Notes: generated by a model not told the origin, from the sequence alone. Shown: positions 39,201 through 49,660, numbered from the stretch's first letter. The stretch is 64,000 nucleotides of DNA from Dimorphilus gyrociliatus (GCA_904063045.1 CAJFCJ010000045.1:32906-96905); one strand, 5' to 3'. Translations and numbers: made by a program.

Positions 39201-41647
39201 AAACTTCTTCAACACCTCTATATCTAAATCTTCTTAAGCTATATCGATATAATTTAGTGTGAGTGAGTGAGAAGGAGAGAGAGAGAGAGAGAGAGAGAGG
39301 AGAAAAGAGATTTGACTACTTTTGAAATAAATCCATTCTATCAAATGTACTATTCCGTTTAGTGTATAATATCCAATGTTTTAGAACGGTTTCTCTAAAG
39401 TTACCAACTTTTTTTTCAGGTTATATAAGAAATTATCAATACAAAATGGATTAACAAGTAGGCATTTAAATAAACAAACAACAAACAGATAATCTCATTT
39501 ACCTAGGGCTATAGTTATTTCATCTGAAATTTGATTTTGCAACAGAAAATGCCTCAGGAAATTAATCTGCGCTTGATCTTTTAGCACAACCGTCGTCATA
39601 TTTCGAGAAATACAAAAGCGCTTCCATCGTTGAAATGTGCTGAAGAAAGCAGTTGGAAAATTGTAATAGCAAGTATCGCTAAACGATTGACTGAAAGTAC
39701 TCTCCTCAACTTCTGGACAGTCTATATGGGGGAAAAGTTTGTTATTTCAACCGATACGAATTCAACACCTTTTGAAATACCAAAATTTTGTTGATTAGAA
39801 CATAAGATGTGTACATGCAGGAATGGAGAATTCAATAAGAGTAAACTGTTGAAATTCTCTTTGTAACAATCCTTTAAGCTAGTCGACCATTTTGGACAAT
39901 TTAACGAAAAGAGTACACTCTTTACAGTGTGATAAAAGTTATAGTTATTCATTATTCTTGCACTTTCAAACCCAAGACTCTTGCATACAACCTATTATCG
40001 ATGAGAAATGAGGTCAAATATTAACGTATATCAAGTATTCCATTCTTCTCCCTAACCTTTGCCTCTTGCCCACCAAATTTATAATTGGATACCAAATGCC
40101 AAAACCCTTTGTGATACACTTCCAGAATACCTTTAACGGATATTCCTTCAATAGAATGTGCCTCGTTCAATCTATATAAATAATCTATACATTCAAAAGA
40201 CAATAAACTATATAATGAATGTTAAATTTTCCCCAAACTTCCTCCTACCAGAACTGCTTGAATTCGCTTTTGAATAAACGGCATTTGATGAATTTTCCGA
40301 AATATCATCTTTACACTTGATACTGTTAAAATACATAAGACTCATTGAAGATACAATGTACTTTTTACAAGTTTCCGTCCTATTCAATCGGCTTGAACAA
40401 TTATAATACCATAGATACGGAATTTTCTTCAAAGGTGTTAAAATGAGGTACTGATCTCTTTTGATTCCATAATGATTCGCCATAGAATTTGGTATTTTTC
40501 CAAATAATTTGCAAGTGGTTATAGCATACAACGCAAAATTAACAACTTGAAAAAAAAGTATGAAATAAATCAAATTGTAAATTATATAGATAAAGATTTA
40601 AATGATTGAAATAAGCCTACAAGTTGACGACTCAGAAAATGAGTAGTCGCTACTAAATTGAAGTGATTTTCGAGAATACAACGGTATAAAAAATAGGCCA
40701 ACACGCATTGAAGCAACCAGTAACTCTCGTTTAAATTGTTTAAATAAGTAAAAGGAAAGCGGAAGTAGTTTAAACTCGTTGCCCTGTCCAGTTTTCATTT
40801 TACAAATCATATTGCAAAGAAATCCATTGGGAGTAGAATTTTCTATTCGTATTTTATTATTCTCGTAGGCTATTACGTAATGCGTTTGATTAAACGCCAT
40901 ATCTCCTATTGGACGTTCTTTGTGCGTCATGTGGAAAACTTTTGGACAGATAGTGCTGTTTAAGATTTGAGCACTTTCAACGCAAACACTATACGAGATA
41001 TCATCCTTTCTGGCATAGATTACACCTCTCATATGGTATCTATTCGCTTTAGTAAAGCTATAAAAATCTAAAAGAAATGAAATAGAAGAAACTGACAATT
41101 AACGATCTTCATTAATAAAATTCATTAAAAGAATAAAACTATACACGTGTTTGTCTTTTTTAAACATAGCAGCGTAACAGCTTTTCGTAAATTCAAATTG
41201 TAAAACAGACATTTTCGCCTAGATTTACATTCTGTACCATGAGAACATCCGCCCCTGCTCGTTTCTACAATAAAAACCAATTCAAATATTAGTAAATATG
41301 GAATGATAGAACAATCATTTATTGACTAAACAACTCGTTAAAAATCCAAGTGAATACAATGAATCAAATCCCATTTTTTTGCATATGTGATCGCTAATGA
41401 ATGCTCCACTTCTTCTGCTACCAGAGCAAAGAAGACGTTTTTGTTTCCTATATTCATATGTCACATATCCATAGCAAAATTCATTTGTACAATTTCGATT
41501 GAATTTGGTAAAATGGTAATTTTTGCCATTGAACTTGCCTATTGACTTTTTTTTGGAGAAAAGTCCCTTGAAAAAAAACAACTCTCCATATTTTATATTT
41601 ACAGTAAATATGCTTATTATAAGAAATACGCTAGTAATCTTTGTCAT
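36242..41647 (-). CDS. Multi-exon GRL101/RXFP-like receptor A with SRCR modules, LDLa repeats, LRRs and a highly divergent 7TM
   Basis: Signal MTKITSVFLIISIFTV. SRCR GILEVYHKGFWHLVSNYKFGGQEAKV|VCKSLGF and ICKKMGF. LDLa CNGRFDCLDKSDEENC, CDYIPDCADRSDERYC, CDQIAHCSHFDDEFNC, CPNGVDEFDC. LRRs LNLSFNNL and LNLRNNHL, hinge YYLYCCF, hydrophobic helices, ECL2 NAICHPL. Confidence 0.8.
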
Positions 41648-42008
41648 TTCTTCAACAAATAATAAAGCAACAAACGTTCAATAATAATAAACCATTCAAT
41701 AAAATATTCAATATCTCTTACAAGTTTCACATTTCTATTAAGACTTTTTTTAATATTATAAATATTACTTTTCCTTCTCTCTTATTTCATTCGTATTTAT
41801 AGTTTTAATAAAATAGTTGCCCACTCAAGCAGCCCCAACTGTACTTGACGTCTCGTTATGTGAAATTCTTAAGTTGGGCGAATTTTAAAAAGAGATAGAT
41901 GATATAAATGGACAAAGTAGACAAGGTTACTAATTGACTTGACGTTCGCAAACTCTCTCACTCTCTGTTAGTGTATTTATTTGTTTGTTTGTCTGTTTGT
42001 TTGTATGG

Positions 42009-42040
<32 letters not shown>

Positions 42041-42295
42041 TCCTATAAATTTTTGTAGAAATAACTTATATACATGTTGACATAATTGGAGAAGAAAGCT
42101 ACTTGTTTTACATTCAATATTTATTGACAGGAATCGACTGTACTGTTTGGGGAGAAGAGGATATTCAATAGATATCTACTTCCCAAGTACTATCATTACG
42201 AAAAATGCATTGGGATATTGAACCCCTTTAATAGGAGTAATAGTGATTTTTAAAACAATAAAAATGAATCTAATGAAACTATTGTCCCATTTGAA

Positions 42296-43282
42296 TTAAG
42301 GTATCATTTCAATTTCACACAGTTTAATCCTATTCTCCACGTCATTCCACAAATAGATAATTATTTCTTTCGAATAATTGTTGCAAGAGAAGGTCAAGTT
42401 ATTCATATCTTGGCACATTCTCACCTTTCCATCTACCGCCTTTGAATAGGAATAAGCATTGAAATTCCTATCAGAGTCTGTGTGTATTCTCATCGTTTTC
42501 ATATTGTTCACTTGAAGGAAAACTTCAGATAGTTTAAAATTAATACACGTACTGGTGTCATTATCCTCCAGTACTGTTAAATCTGCATTATAGCACGTAT
42601 TTGACAATAGCCAAAGTCTTCTATTCATTGGAGAAACGCAACGTAATGGCCCAATATAATGTTTTACCCATTTAATAGGATCGTCTAGGTCTCCGTAGAC
42701 AGTTTTCATTAGAGGTAATCTCTCTGATAAAACTGATATTCCTCCGGATGTATTGTATATTTGATGGAAATTTGTATCTCCAGTATTGACGCATTCCTTT
42801 GATCTGTTGTTTGTCTCCAAACACACAGTAGATATTAGACATTTGCAGATATTATCATTAAATTCATTCAATGAGAATGTACTATTGTCAAAGAATGTAA
42901 AATTTAATACTTTCGCCTGCGAGCCATCCACCATTATTGACATTTCTTGACTGCAATCTCCAGCAAATTCTAAAATCCTACTCAATTCCACATTGCTTAA
43001 ATTCTGATAGTTAATATTGACAGTTACGTAACCGTCGCCAATAGACTGAAACAGTACATTCTGTTCAACATCATTCCAGATTTCCGTTATAATCTCATTG
43101 GTGAAAGAGTTTACAGAGCAGTAAATATCAAATATTTCACCACCTTGTATTGGTTGAATTTTATAAGTGGAATTAATTAGGTTGTTGTTTAATAGCCCTT
43201 GCCTACAGCTTTTATACACTGATATTGTTCTTGAACTATTATAAAAAATTATAAAACACCAAATTGTTAGTAAAACTTTCAT
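42296..43282 (-). CDS. Intronless secreted protein (328 aa) with a Caspr/neurexin-IV-type fibrinogen-like module plus a small Cys-containing C-terminal domain
   Basis: Signal peptide, then SC...YKIQP..G.IFDIYC...TEIWND...INY...L..I.....C.QEM...CKC...C...C...D...G......LP....YGD...YIGPLRC, a pattern recalled from the Caspr central module. Confidence 0.7.
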   Translation of the reverse strand: MKVLLTIWCFIIFYNSSRTISVYKSCRQGLLNNNLINSTYKIQPIQGGEIFDIYCSVNSFTNEIITEIWNDVEQNVLFQSIGDGYVTVNINYQNLSNVELSRILEFAGDCSQEMSIMVDGSQAKVLNFTFFDNSTFSLNEFNDNICKCLISTVCLETNNRSKECVNTGDTNFHQIYNTSGGISVLSERLPLMKTVYGDLDDPIKWVKHYIGPLRCVSPMNRRLWLLSNTCYNADLTVLEDNDTSTCINFKLSEVFLQVNNMKTMRIHTDSDRNFNAYSYSKAVDGKVRMCQDMNNLTFSCNNYSKEIIIYLWNDVENRIKLCEIEMIP

Positions 43283-43571
43283 CTTTTAAAATCTTTTCCT
43301 TCTTCATGCAGTCGACAAGTCAATTCTTATAGCTGTTTGGTTGTTATATACATACAAATATACATAATAGTAAATCGTTAAAAAGTCTTCCCATTTATAG
43401 AATTAAACAAAATGCAGCAATTATCATCATTCTACTTGAAATAGTGTATTGTTCTTGAAATTGTATACTTATTTTTGTCTATAATATATTCTATTACGCA
43501 ATTCCTTCTCATTGTTGAATTGTTGCTGTTCAATCTAAAGGTAGAATGACACCTTTACCCCATACTTTCGC

Positions 43572-43803
43572 TTATTTTTCACTAGCAAATTTGCTTATTT
43601 CTTTTATGTATTGTTTCGCCAATTCATTATTCGATATATCAACTTTAAGCAAGCTTCGCAGTTGATTTAAAAAGTCTATGAATGCTTTTGCAATGTCATC
43701 ATCAATTCCGATACTTCGGATCAAAATACATTCCAAAATGGGTACGACTGGAGAGAGACTTTCCAAAAATCTTTGAAAACAGTCATTACCAATTCTATTG
43801 AAG
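43572..43803 (-). pseudogene. 5'-truncated RNI-like LRR gene fragment abutting a telomeric repeat
   Basis: SFNRIGNDCF...LLKVDISNNEL. The apparent ORF start PNPNPNP is just the CCCTAA repeat. Confidence 0.65.
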
Positions 43804-43804
43804 C

Positions 43805-44025
43805 TAGGGTTAGGGTTAGGGTTTAGGTTTGGTTGGGTTGGGGGCACACACAAAACACTCCCAGGTCAGGTCTTGATGATTATATCTTATAGGAAATGGT
43901 TAATAGTAACTTTTCCTTTGTTATTGTGGAATGTAACCTTCTGTATCCTTGTTAGGTTAGGGTTCCAGTTGAAGGTTAGGTAACAATTGTAGTTGGTAAA
44001 GGTTAGGTTTGGTTAGGTGTTTGGT
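43805..44025 (+). repeat. (TTAGGG)n followed by degenerate G-rich telomere-like units
   Basis: tagggttagggttagggtttaggtttggttgggttggggg; further ttaggttagggtt and ggttaggtttggttagg up to about 44020. Confidence 0.8.
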
Positions 44026-44029
44026 TCGT

Positions 44030-44290
44030 ACACGGTTTTTTTTGACTAAATCAAAACAGAGAAACAGGATTCTCACATTTCAAGAGTCCCAATCGATTTT
44101 GGGAAGCAGTCAAAGAAAAAATACACCAAAATCGACGTTTAAAACAATTTCCAATAGAAAAAATTTTTTCAAAAAATTTTCAAAACCTTTTTTTCTGAAA
44201 TTTTGTATAATTTCCTACATACTCAACCTACCACGGTTTCGCCCTCCTCTCTATTTTCAATACCAAGGACTCATCAGGGTCCACTGACCT
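44030..44290 (+). mobile_element. About 260-bp dispersed repeat, copy 1 (others about 46470-46735, 46757-46995 and truncated 49165-49325); non-autonomous element with subterminal inverted repeats
   Basis: Shared core tttttttgattaaatcaaaa..gagaaacagaattctcacatttcaagagtccca...gggaagcagtcaaagaaaaaatacaccaaaat. AAGAGTCCCA near the start and TGGGACTCTT near the end of copies 2 and 3. Confidence 0.8.
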
Positions 44291-44550
44291 ACACCTACAG
44301 AGAGGATGAAGAGTTCCAAATATAGGAAAGGTTCTTCTTCAGGTTTTATTTAATATATATCATATTAAATGTGCTACTTATAAAGATACTGTGTAATAAA
44401 TTATGTACAAACTATTTTGTTGTTGAAGCATAAATATTTTGAAAGCAATTGAAGAAGTGGTACATTTAAGTATCTACTTTTAATGTGGTGTTGACTCATT
44501 AATCTTCAAACTAAATATGAACCCTGTACTTTCCTGCTGAGGTTGTAGGT

Positions 44551-44806
44551 AAGTACTGGTCCAAATAGAACCGAACCAGGAGTAAGCCACTTAGAAGAGA
44601 GATGTAGAATTGATGAAGGATGAATATAGAACCAAACTGTAAGAATAATATAACTGTATTCTAAAGTAATACTAGACCTGTTCACTATGCAATAGTGATG
44701 TAAACAACAACAACTTTGTGTAGGTTACCTCTCAAGGGTCAATTCTTACATCATATTTATGTAAATAAACACTTGTTGTTGTTGTCAACATGTTTGTTAT
44801 GTAACA
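44551..44806 (-). mobile_element. LTR remnant related at both termini to the Gypsy LTR at 59181-59551
   Basis: Minus strand begins TGTTACAT and ends GGTTCTATTTGGACCAGTACTT, a 22/22 match to 59531-59552. No target-site duplication found. Confidence 0.6.
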
Positions 44807-45908
44807 TCTTATCCTTTGCCTATAAAAGGGGTTGATTCTGGCAGTTCAGTACCATCTACCCTAGAGGCAACATCTACTTCAACACTTCTACCATATAGTA
44901 AGTATCATTTATAAAATATCTATAAACTATAGTTCATAAGTGTACACATATTTAGAATGCTTTCCACTACAAAATAATTATAGTTTTGAAATAAACAAAT
45001 CATAACTTGAATCGTGATTTTCTCACTTTTTACATTGCATTTTGATTTTTTAATTAAAAATAGAAATTTTACTTGATAATTAAAAAATCATTTTATATAT
45101 GTTGAAAAAATATATTAACTATTGTGGTATTAAATTTCTGGTACTGTCATGTTTTTTTTTAAGATCTTTTCATTCTTCACAATATATTGTTTTTTTTTTT
45201 TTGATATATGTCACAGAGAATGATACCAGTTTTCTTTGACATATATTATAATGTACCATTACACCATTAGAAAAGTTTTACCCACTGAAAAAAAAACACA
45301 ACAAAAAAAAAACAATTAATTTTTAAAAAGGAATTTTTTTTTAAAATTTTTGAAATTTAAATTTTATTCATTAAAGTTTTATTAATCAGTATCATTCTTG
45401 TAAAATTTCCAATTTTTAATATATCAATCTTTTCATTTTCATTACTTTTTAATTCAAATCTTTCATAAACAATGTAGAATTTGTGAGTATGAACCTTGAC
45501 AAAATTTGAAAAAAATAAATTCAGAAAATTTCTATTTATAGACATAAGGGAATTATCATTATAGTTACAGGATGTCCAAAGATTAATTAGATTAGAACCA
45601 GTACTGTTATAATTCTAAAACACATTAAAAGTTGTGTGATAATAGGGGAATTCACCATTTTTATCAAATGTTGATAATCAAGTATTAACATTTAAAAAAT
45701 TCAAAGTATGGTGAACTGTAACAATCATTTGTGTACAAATTACAATATAACAAATGTACACCTGTGCTCAAAAATAATTAAGTGAACTATTGATAAAAAA
45801 TGATGATTCCCTCATAATCACTTTATTTCAACATATTTCAAGTCATGATATATAATGACAATATTAATTACTGTAATTATCCATTCCAATTAATTATACT
45901 TTTTTCAC

Positions 45909-45936
45909 TATAAATATCCATGCAATGTTTCCAGTT
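45909..45936 (+). promoter_or_regulatory. TATA box and initiator-like site of the prepro-peptide gene
   Basis: TATAAAT 45909-45915; CCAGTT 45931-45936; ATG at 45957 in AAAATG context; AATAAA at 46363 after the stop. Confidence 0.6.
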
Positions 45937-45956
45937 TGCTAAACTAACTGTTCAAA

Positions 45957-46330
45957 ATGAAAATTCTTGCTGTATCCTTATTTGTGCTATTTGCAATCTA
46001 CCAAGCTCATGCAAGTGAGCTTGTTAGTGATTTGGTGGAAAATGAAAGCTCTGATGGTGAAAATGAATTAATAGATTTAAAGGAACGTGCAATTGATGAA
46101 GAAATGGAAAATGAAATAGCTAAGGTAAAACAAACACAATTTTTTCACAACTTATTTACTTTATTGTTTCAAAACAGAGATTCCTTGCTAAGCTCTTTAG
46201 CAACAAGAAAGGTATAAGTAAAGCTCAATGTGCACTTTGCGCTGTAGCCCCAGCAAGCAAAAGATGTCAAAGAGTGAAAAAGTTGTGCATGATGAAACAT
46301 AAAATTTTCATTATGCCTAAAAAAGTGTGA
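45957..46330 (+). CDS. Two-exon secreted prepro-peptide (106 aa): signal peptide, acidic propiece, KR site, cationic 4-Cys mature peptide; candidate antimicrobial peptide or toxin
   Basis: Exon 1 45957-46124, GT-AG intron 46125-46177 (53 nt, phase 0). Exon 2 reads R-FLAKLFSNKKGISKAQCALCAVAPASKRCQRVKKLCMMKHKIFIMPKKV*. TATA, initiator and polyA signal are all present. Confidence 0.8.
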
Positions 46331-46469
46331 AAAAGTATACATGTCAATGAAATTGAGATTTGAATAAATACTTTCAAACATATTTAAAAGCAAATAATGT
46401 TGTACCAACTTGCAAATTTATTTCTAAAAGGTTTCAAACTATTATACGCTAAATAGCTTTAGGTTAGGG

Positions 46470-46995
46470 TTTGCAAAGGTTTTTTTTGATTAAATCAAAA
46501 AAGAGAAACAGAATTCTCACATTTCAAGAGTCCCAATGGAATTTGGGAAGCAGTCTAAGAAAAAATACACCAAAATCGACATTTAAAACAATTTCCAAGA
46601 GAAAAGATTTTTTCAAAAAATTTTCAAAAAATTTTTTTCTGAAATTTTTTATTATTTCCTACCTACTCGACCTACCGTGGATTCGTCCCCCTCTCTACTA
46701 AATTTTTAAACCTGGGACTCTTCAGGGTCTACTACACCAAAAGAAAGAAAGAGAGGTTTGCAGAGGTTTTTTTTTTGATTAAATCAAAAAAGAGAAACAG
46801 AATTCTCACATTTCAAGAGTCCCAATGGAATTTGGGAAGCAGTCAAAGAAAAAATACACCAAAATTGACATTTAAAACAATTTCCAATAGAAAAAATTTT
46901 TTTCTGAATTTTGTAATAATTTCCTACCTACTCGACCTACCATGGTTTCGTCCCCCTCTCTTTTAACTTTGTATATCTGGGACTCTTCAGGGTCT
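46470..46995 (+). mobile_element. Two tandem copies of the 260-bp repeat family
   Basis: Near-identical to 44030-44290; period about 290 bp. Confidence 0.85.
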
Positions 46996-47700
46996 AATAT
47001 AAAAGAATGAATGAGAGGTTTGAGAATCTTAATAAAAAGCTTCTCTCCAGATTTTGGTTTATGTACAGATAAAGATTCTTGATTTATAACTAAGGCTAGT
47101 AACAAATAGAAATACAGAAATGATAAATTAAGAGAATAATTATATTGAAGGTTTGGAAATAAAGGAAAAATAGAGCATGCCAATAATATACTGGCCTCCA
47201 AGCTAATAAAGGGGAAGTATATTGAAGTGAGTTATATAGATGATAGCAACTAATATTCAGATATAAGTTTAAGCAAAAAAGTAAAAATTAATAGAAAAAT
47301 AAATAAAAAATAAGAAATAGCAAATAAAAATAGACAAAGAAAAAACAAAAATTAGAGAATAAAAACTAGAAAATAAAAATAAAAATTACCTAGTAAAGGT
47401 GAGAAAATTAAATAAGATGGAAAAGTGAAGATAAAATTTTGGAATTGTATTGCTGTAAATGATAGCTAGATGGATTAAATATATATGAAGCTTGTTGATG
47501 TATTGTGGGATTAAGTAGAGGGAAATATAGCATAAGTGTGTGTGAATGAATGAAATGTGCTATTTAGGTTGAGTTTTGCAGAGAGAATTCCTAGTTTGTA
47601 TTTGTGGCTAGAAAGAGCTAAAAGATTAAGGGATTATTCTTAGGAGTATTTTGAAATAATATAGTTTAAAAGTTAGATCCTGTATTGTGTTTTATTTTAT

Positions 47701-48459
47701 TTTCCAACATTCATTTAGATTGCCCAGTGATAAGTTGTTCTGGCTAATGAATGGATTGGAAAGGAAATTTGGATAATTCCCAATTATCTACCTATGTTTT
47801 GTTTGTAATGAATAATATAAGTATTAGGGAAGATGTTAGGATTCCTCATTCTTTTTTGAATTTTGCTTTTGATTTGTTTGATGTAAGAATGGAAGGAATC
47901 TATATTTGTTAAATCTTTCTCCAGCATTCATTTAATTGATACCTGAAAGTTGGCTTTTGGTTAATGAATGGGTTGGAAGCTGTGTAAGTATGGATTATAA
48001 TGAATTTGTTAAGGGAACCCTGAACCAATAAGATATATTTTAATAAGTATAAATAAGACAAAGGAAAATATTTGATAGAGTGAATTGCAAATTTGTACCT
48101 TATAGCTTATTCTCCAACATTCATTTTATTAGTCCAAGTATGTTCAGTTGATTTTGGCTAATGAATGGATTGGAAGAAATATAATCCCTTAATTGTAAAT
48201 GTTATTTTTGTTTTTATTTCTCTCTTTCCAACATTCATTTAGAAAGTCCATGAAAAAATAAGTTGAGTTTGGCTAATGAATGGATTGGAAAAAATATATA
48301 TTAGTTGAGTTAAGTGAGTTCCTATATGTAAGTTGGTGTGAAAAAGAGTGTGTATATTGAGCTTAAGATAAATATAAAATAAAAAATAAAATGCTACCTA
48401 CATGGCTTGGATTTTGTTTGTCTAGGTGTTTGGTGGGATTTAATGAATGGATTGGGAAA
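47701..48459. repeat. Array of four complete 62-68 bp imperfect inverted-repeat units (47701-47762, 47917-47979, 48110-48177, 48225-48291) and one partial unit, separated by unrelated spacers
   Basis: Left arm TCCA(A/G)CATTCATTT, right arm TGG(C/T)TAATGAATGG(A/G)TTGGAA, variable loop with conserved AGTTG. Confidence 0.85.
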
Positions 48460-48760
48460 GCAAATTTTTTATTTAGTGGGAAAATGCTCATTACTATCTA
48501 TAAGTTGGTGATATATAAAATGTGTTTTGTTCCCCATAAGATAAATGAAATGTTATATATTGCACCAAGTTTTGTTTGTCTAAATATTTGGAGGGAATTA
48601 AATATGAACTGTTCAGCCTTATTATTTTTAACTGATATTCTTAAAAAGTTTTTTAACATTTAAACAAAAAAATTTTTTCAAATACAAAAATATCATGAAA
48701 TCTTAAAAAGTCTACAAAGTCTAAAAAATCCACAAAATCAACAAAAGCCAAAAAATCTAC

Positions 48761-48842
48761 AAAATGCTTAAAATCTGCTTAAAAATGCTTAAAATCTGCT
48801 TAAAAATGCTTAAAATCTGCTTAAAAATGTTTAAAATCTGCC
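48761..48842 (+). repeat. 21-bp tandem repeat, about 4 copies
   Basis: (aaaatgcttaaaatctgctta)n. Confidence 0.9.
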
Positions 48843-49164
48843 ATCAGAAATCCTAAATCATCATAATTGAATGTATAATGATTCTTAAGAAAATAGTAAA
48901 GAATTTCATCATTTGGCTTTAACAATAAAACATTATCAACACAACAAACTCCAACAATTTACCAAAAAAAGATAGATTACTTCACAGTCACATGTATGAG
49001 AATCTTTATCTTTTTTAAAGGGAAAGAAAAAATTTTTAATCTTTTGCTTAAATGTTCTAGTTTTGAATTGAAAAAAGTCAATCTCATGGAAAAAGTTTTG
49101 TTTTAGTCATTGGTTATGGCTTATGTATTAGTTCCTGTCATCCCACATTCTCTTTACTGGTTGG

Positions 49165-49660
49165 GGTTTGCAAAGGTTTTTTTTTGATTAAATCAAAAAA
49201 GAGAAACAGAATTCTCACATTTCAAGAGTCCCACATGATTTTGGGAAGCAGTCAAAGAAAAAATACACCAAAATTGACATTTAAAACAATTTCCAATAGA
49301 AAAAATTTTTTCAAAAATTTTTCAAATATTTATAAATATTCGTCATGTAAAAACTAACTTTGTTATTTGTAAATGTAGAAATTTGAAATTTGGTATCTAC
49401 TTCAATTTTATTATGCCGATGTCAAATCTTTTTACAGAATTCAATTATCTTTTATGGTTCATGAGTTATGGCTCCATGAAATTTGGTTGATATTTATGAC
49501 CAACCAGTCAATATATCAAATATTTGACTGAAAATTAACTTTGTTATTAATAAATGTAGTTATTTGAAAATTGCTATTTTGACTAATTTCTGTATGGCAG
49601 TCTCAAATTCATTTTAATTATTTAATTATCTCCAATAGTTAAGTAGTTATGGCTTCCAAA
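49165..49660 (+). mobile_element. Truncated copy of the 260-bp family joined to a diverged segment of the 54-57 kb repeat family
   Basis: The first part matches 46470 onward. atgccgatgtcaaatctttttacagaattcaattatct matches 54296 onward and 55830 onward. Confidence 0.7.

Noticed and set aside
44820-44905. TATA + initiator + GTAAGT donor suggesting a separate non-coding first exon
   Set aside because: It lies against an LTR remnant and the downstream peptide gene has its own TATA; it cannot be assigned without transcript data.
43798-47201. Similar short ORFs (KSKKRNRILTFQESQ...) at 44009, 46471 and 46775
   Set aside because: Translations of a non-coding repeat family with TTG starts and no domain features.
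47701-48291. Left arm AACATTCATT resembles the 5' end of vertebrate miR-181b; the array also superficially resembles CRISPR or integron attC arrays
   Set aside because: The match is only 10 nt in AT-rich DNA and the rest differs. No cas or integrase gene is present and the spacers are not ORFs. Family assignment is unsupported.
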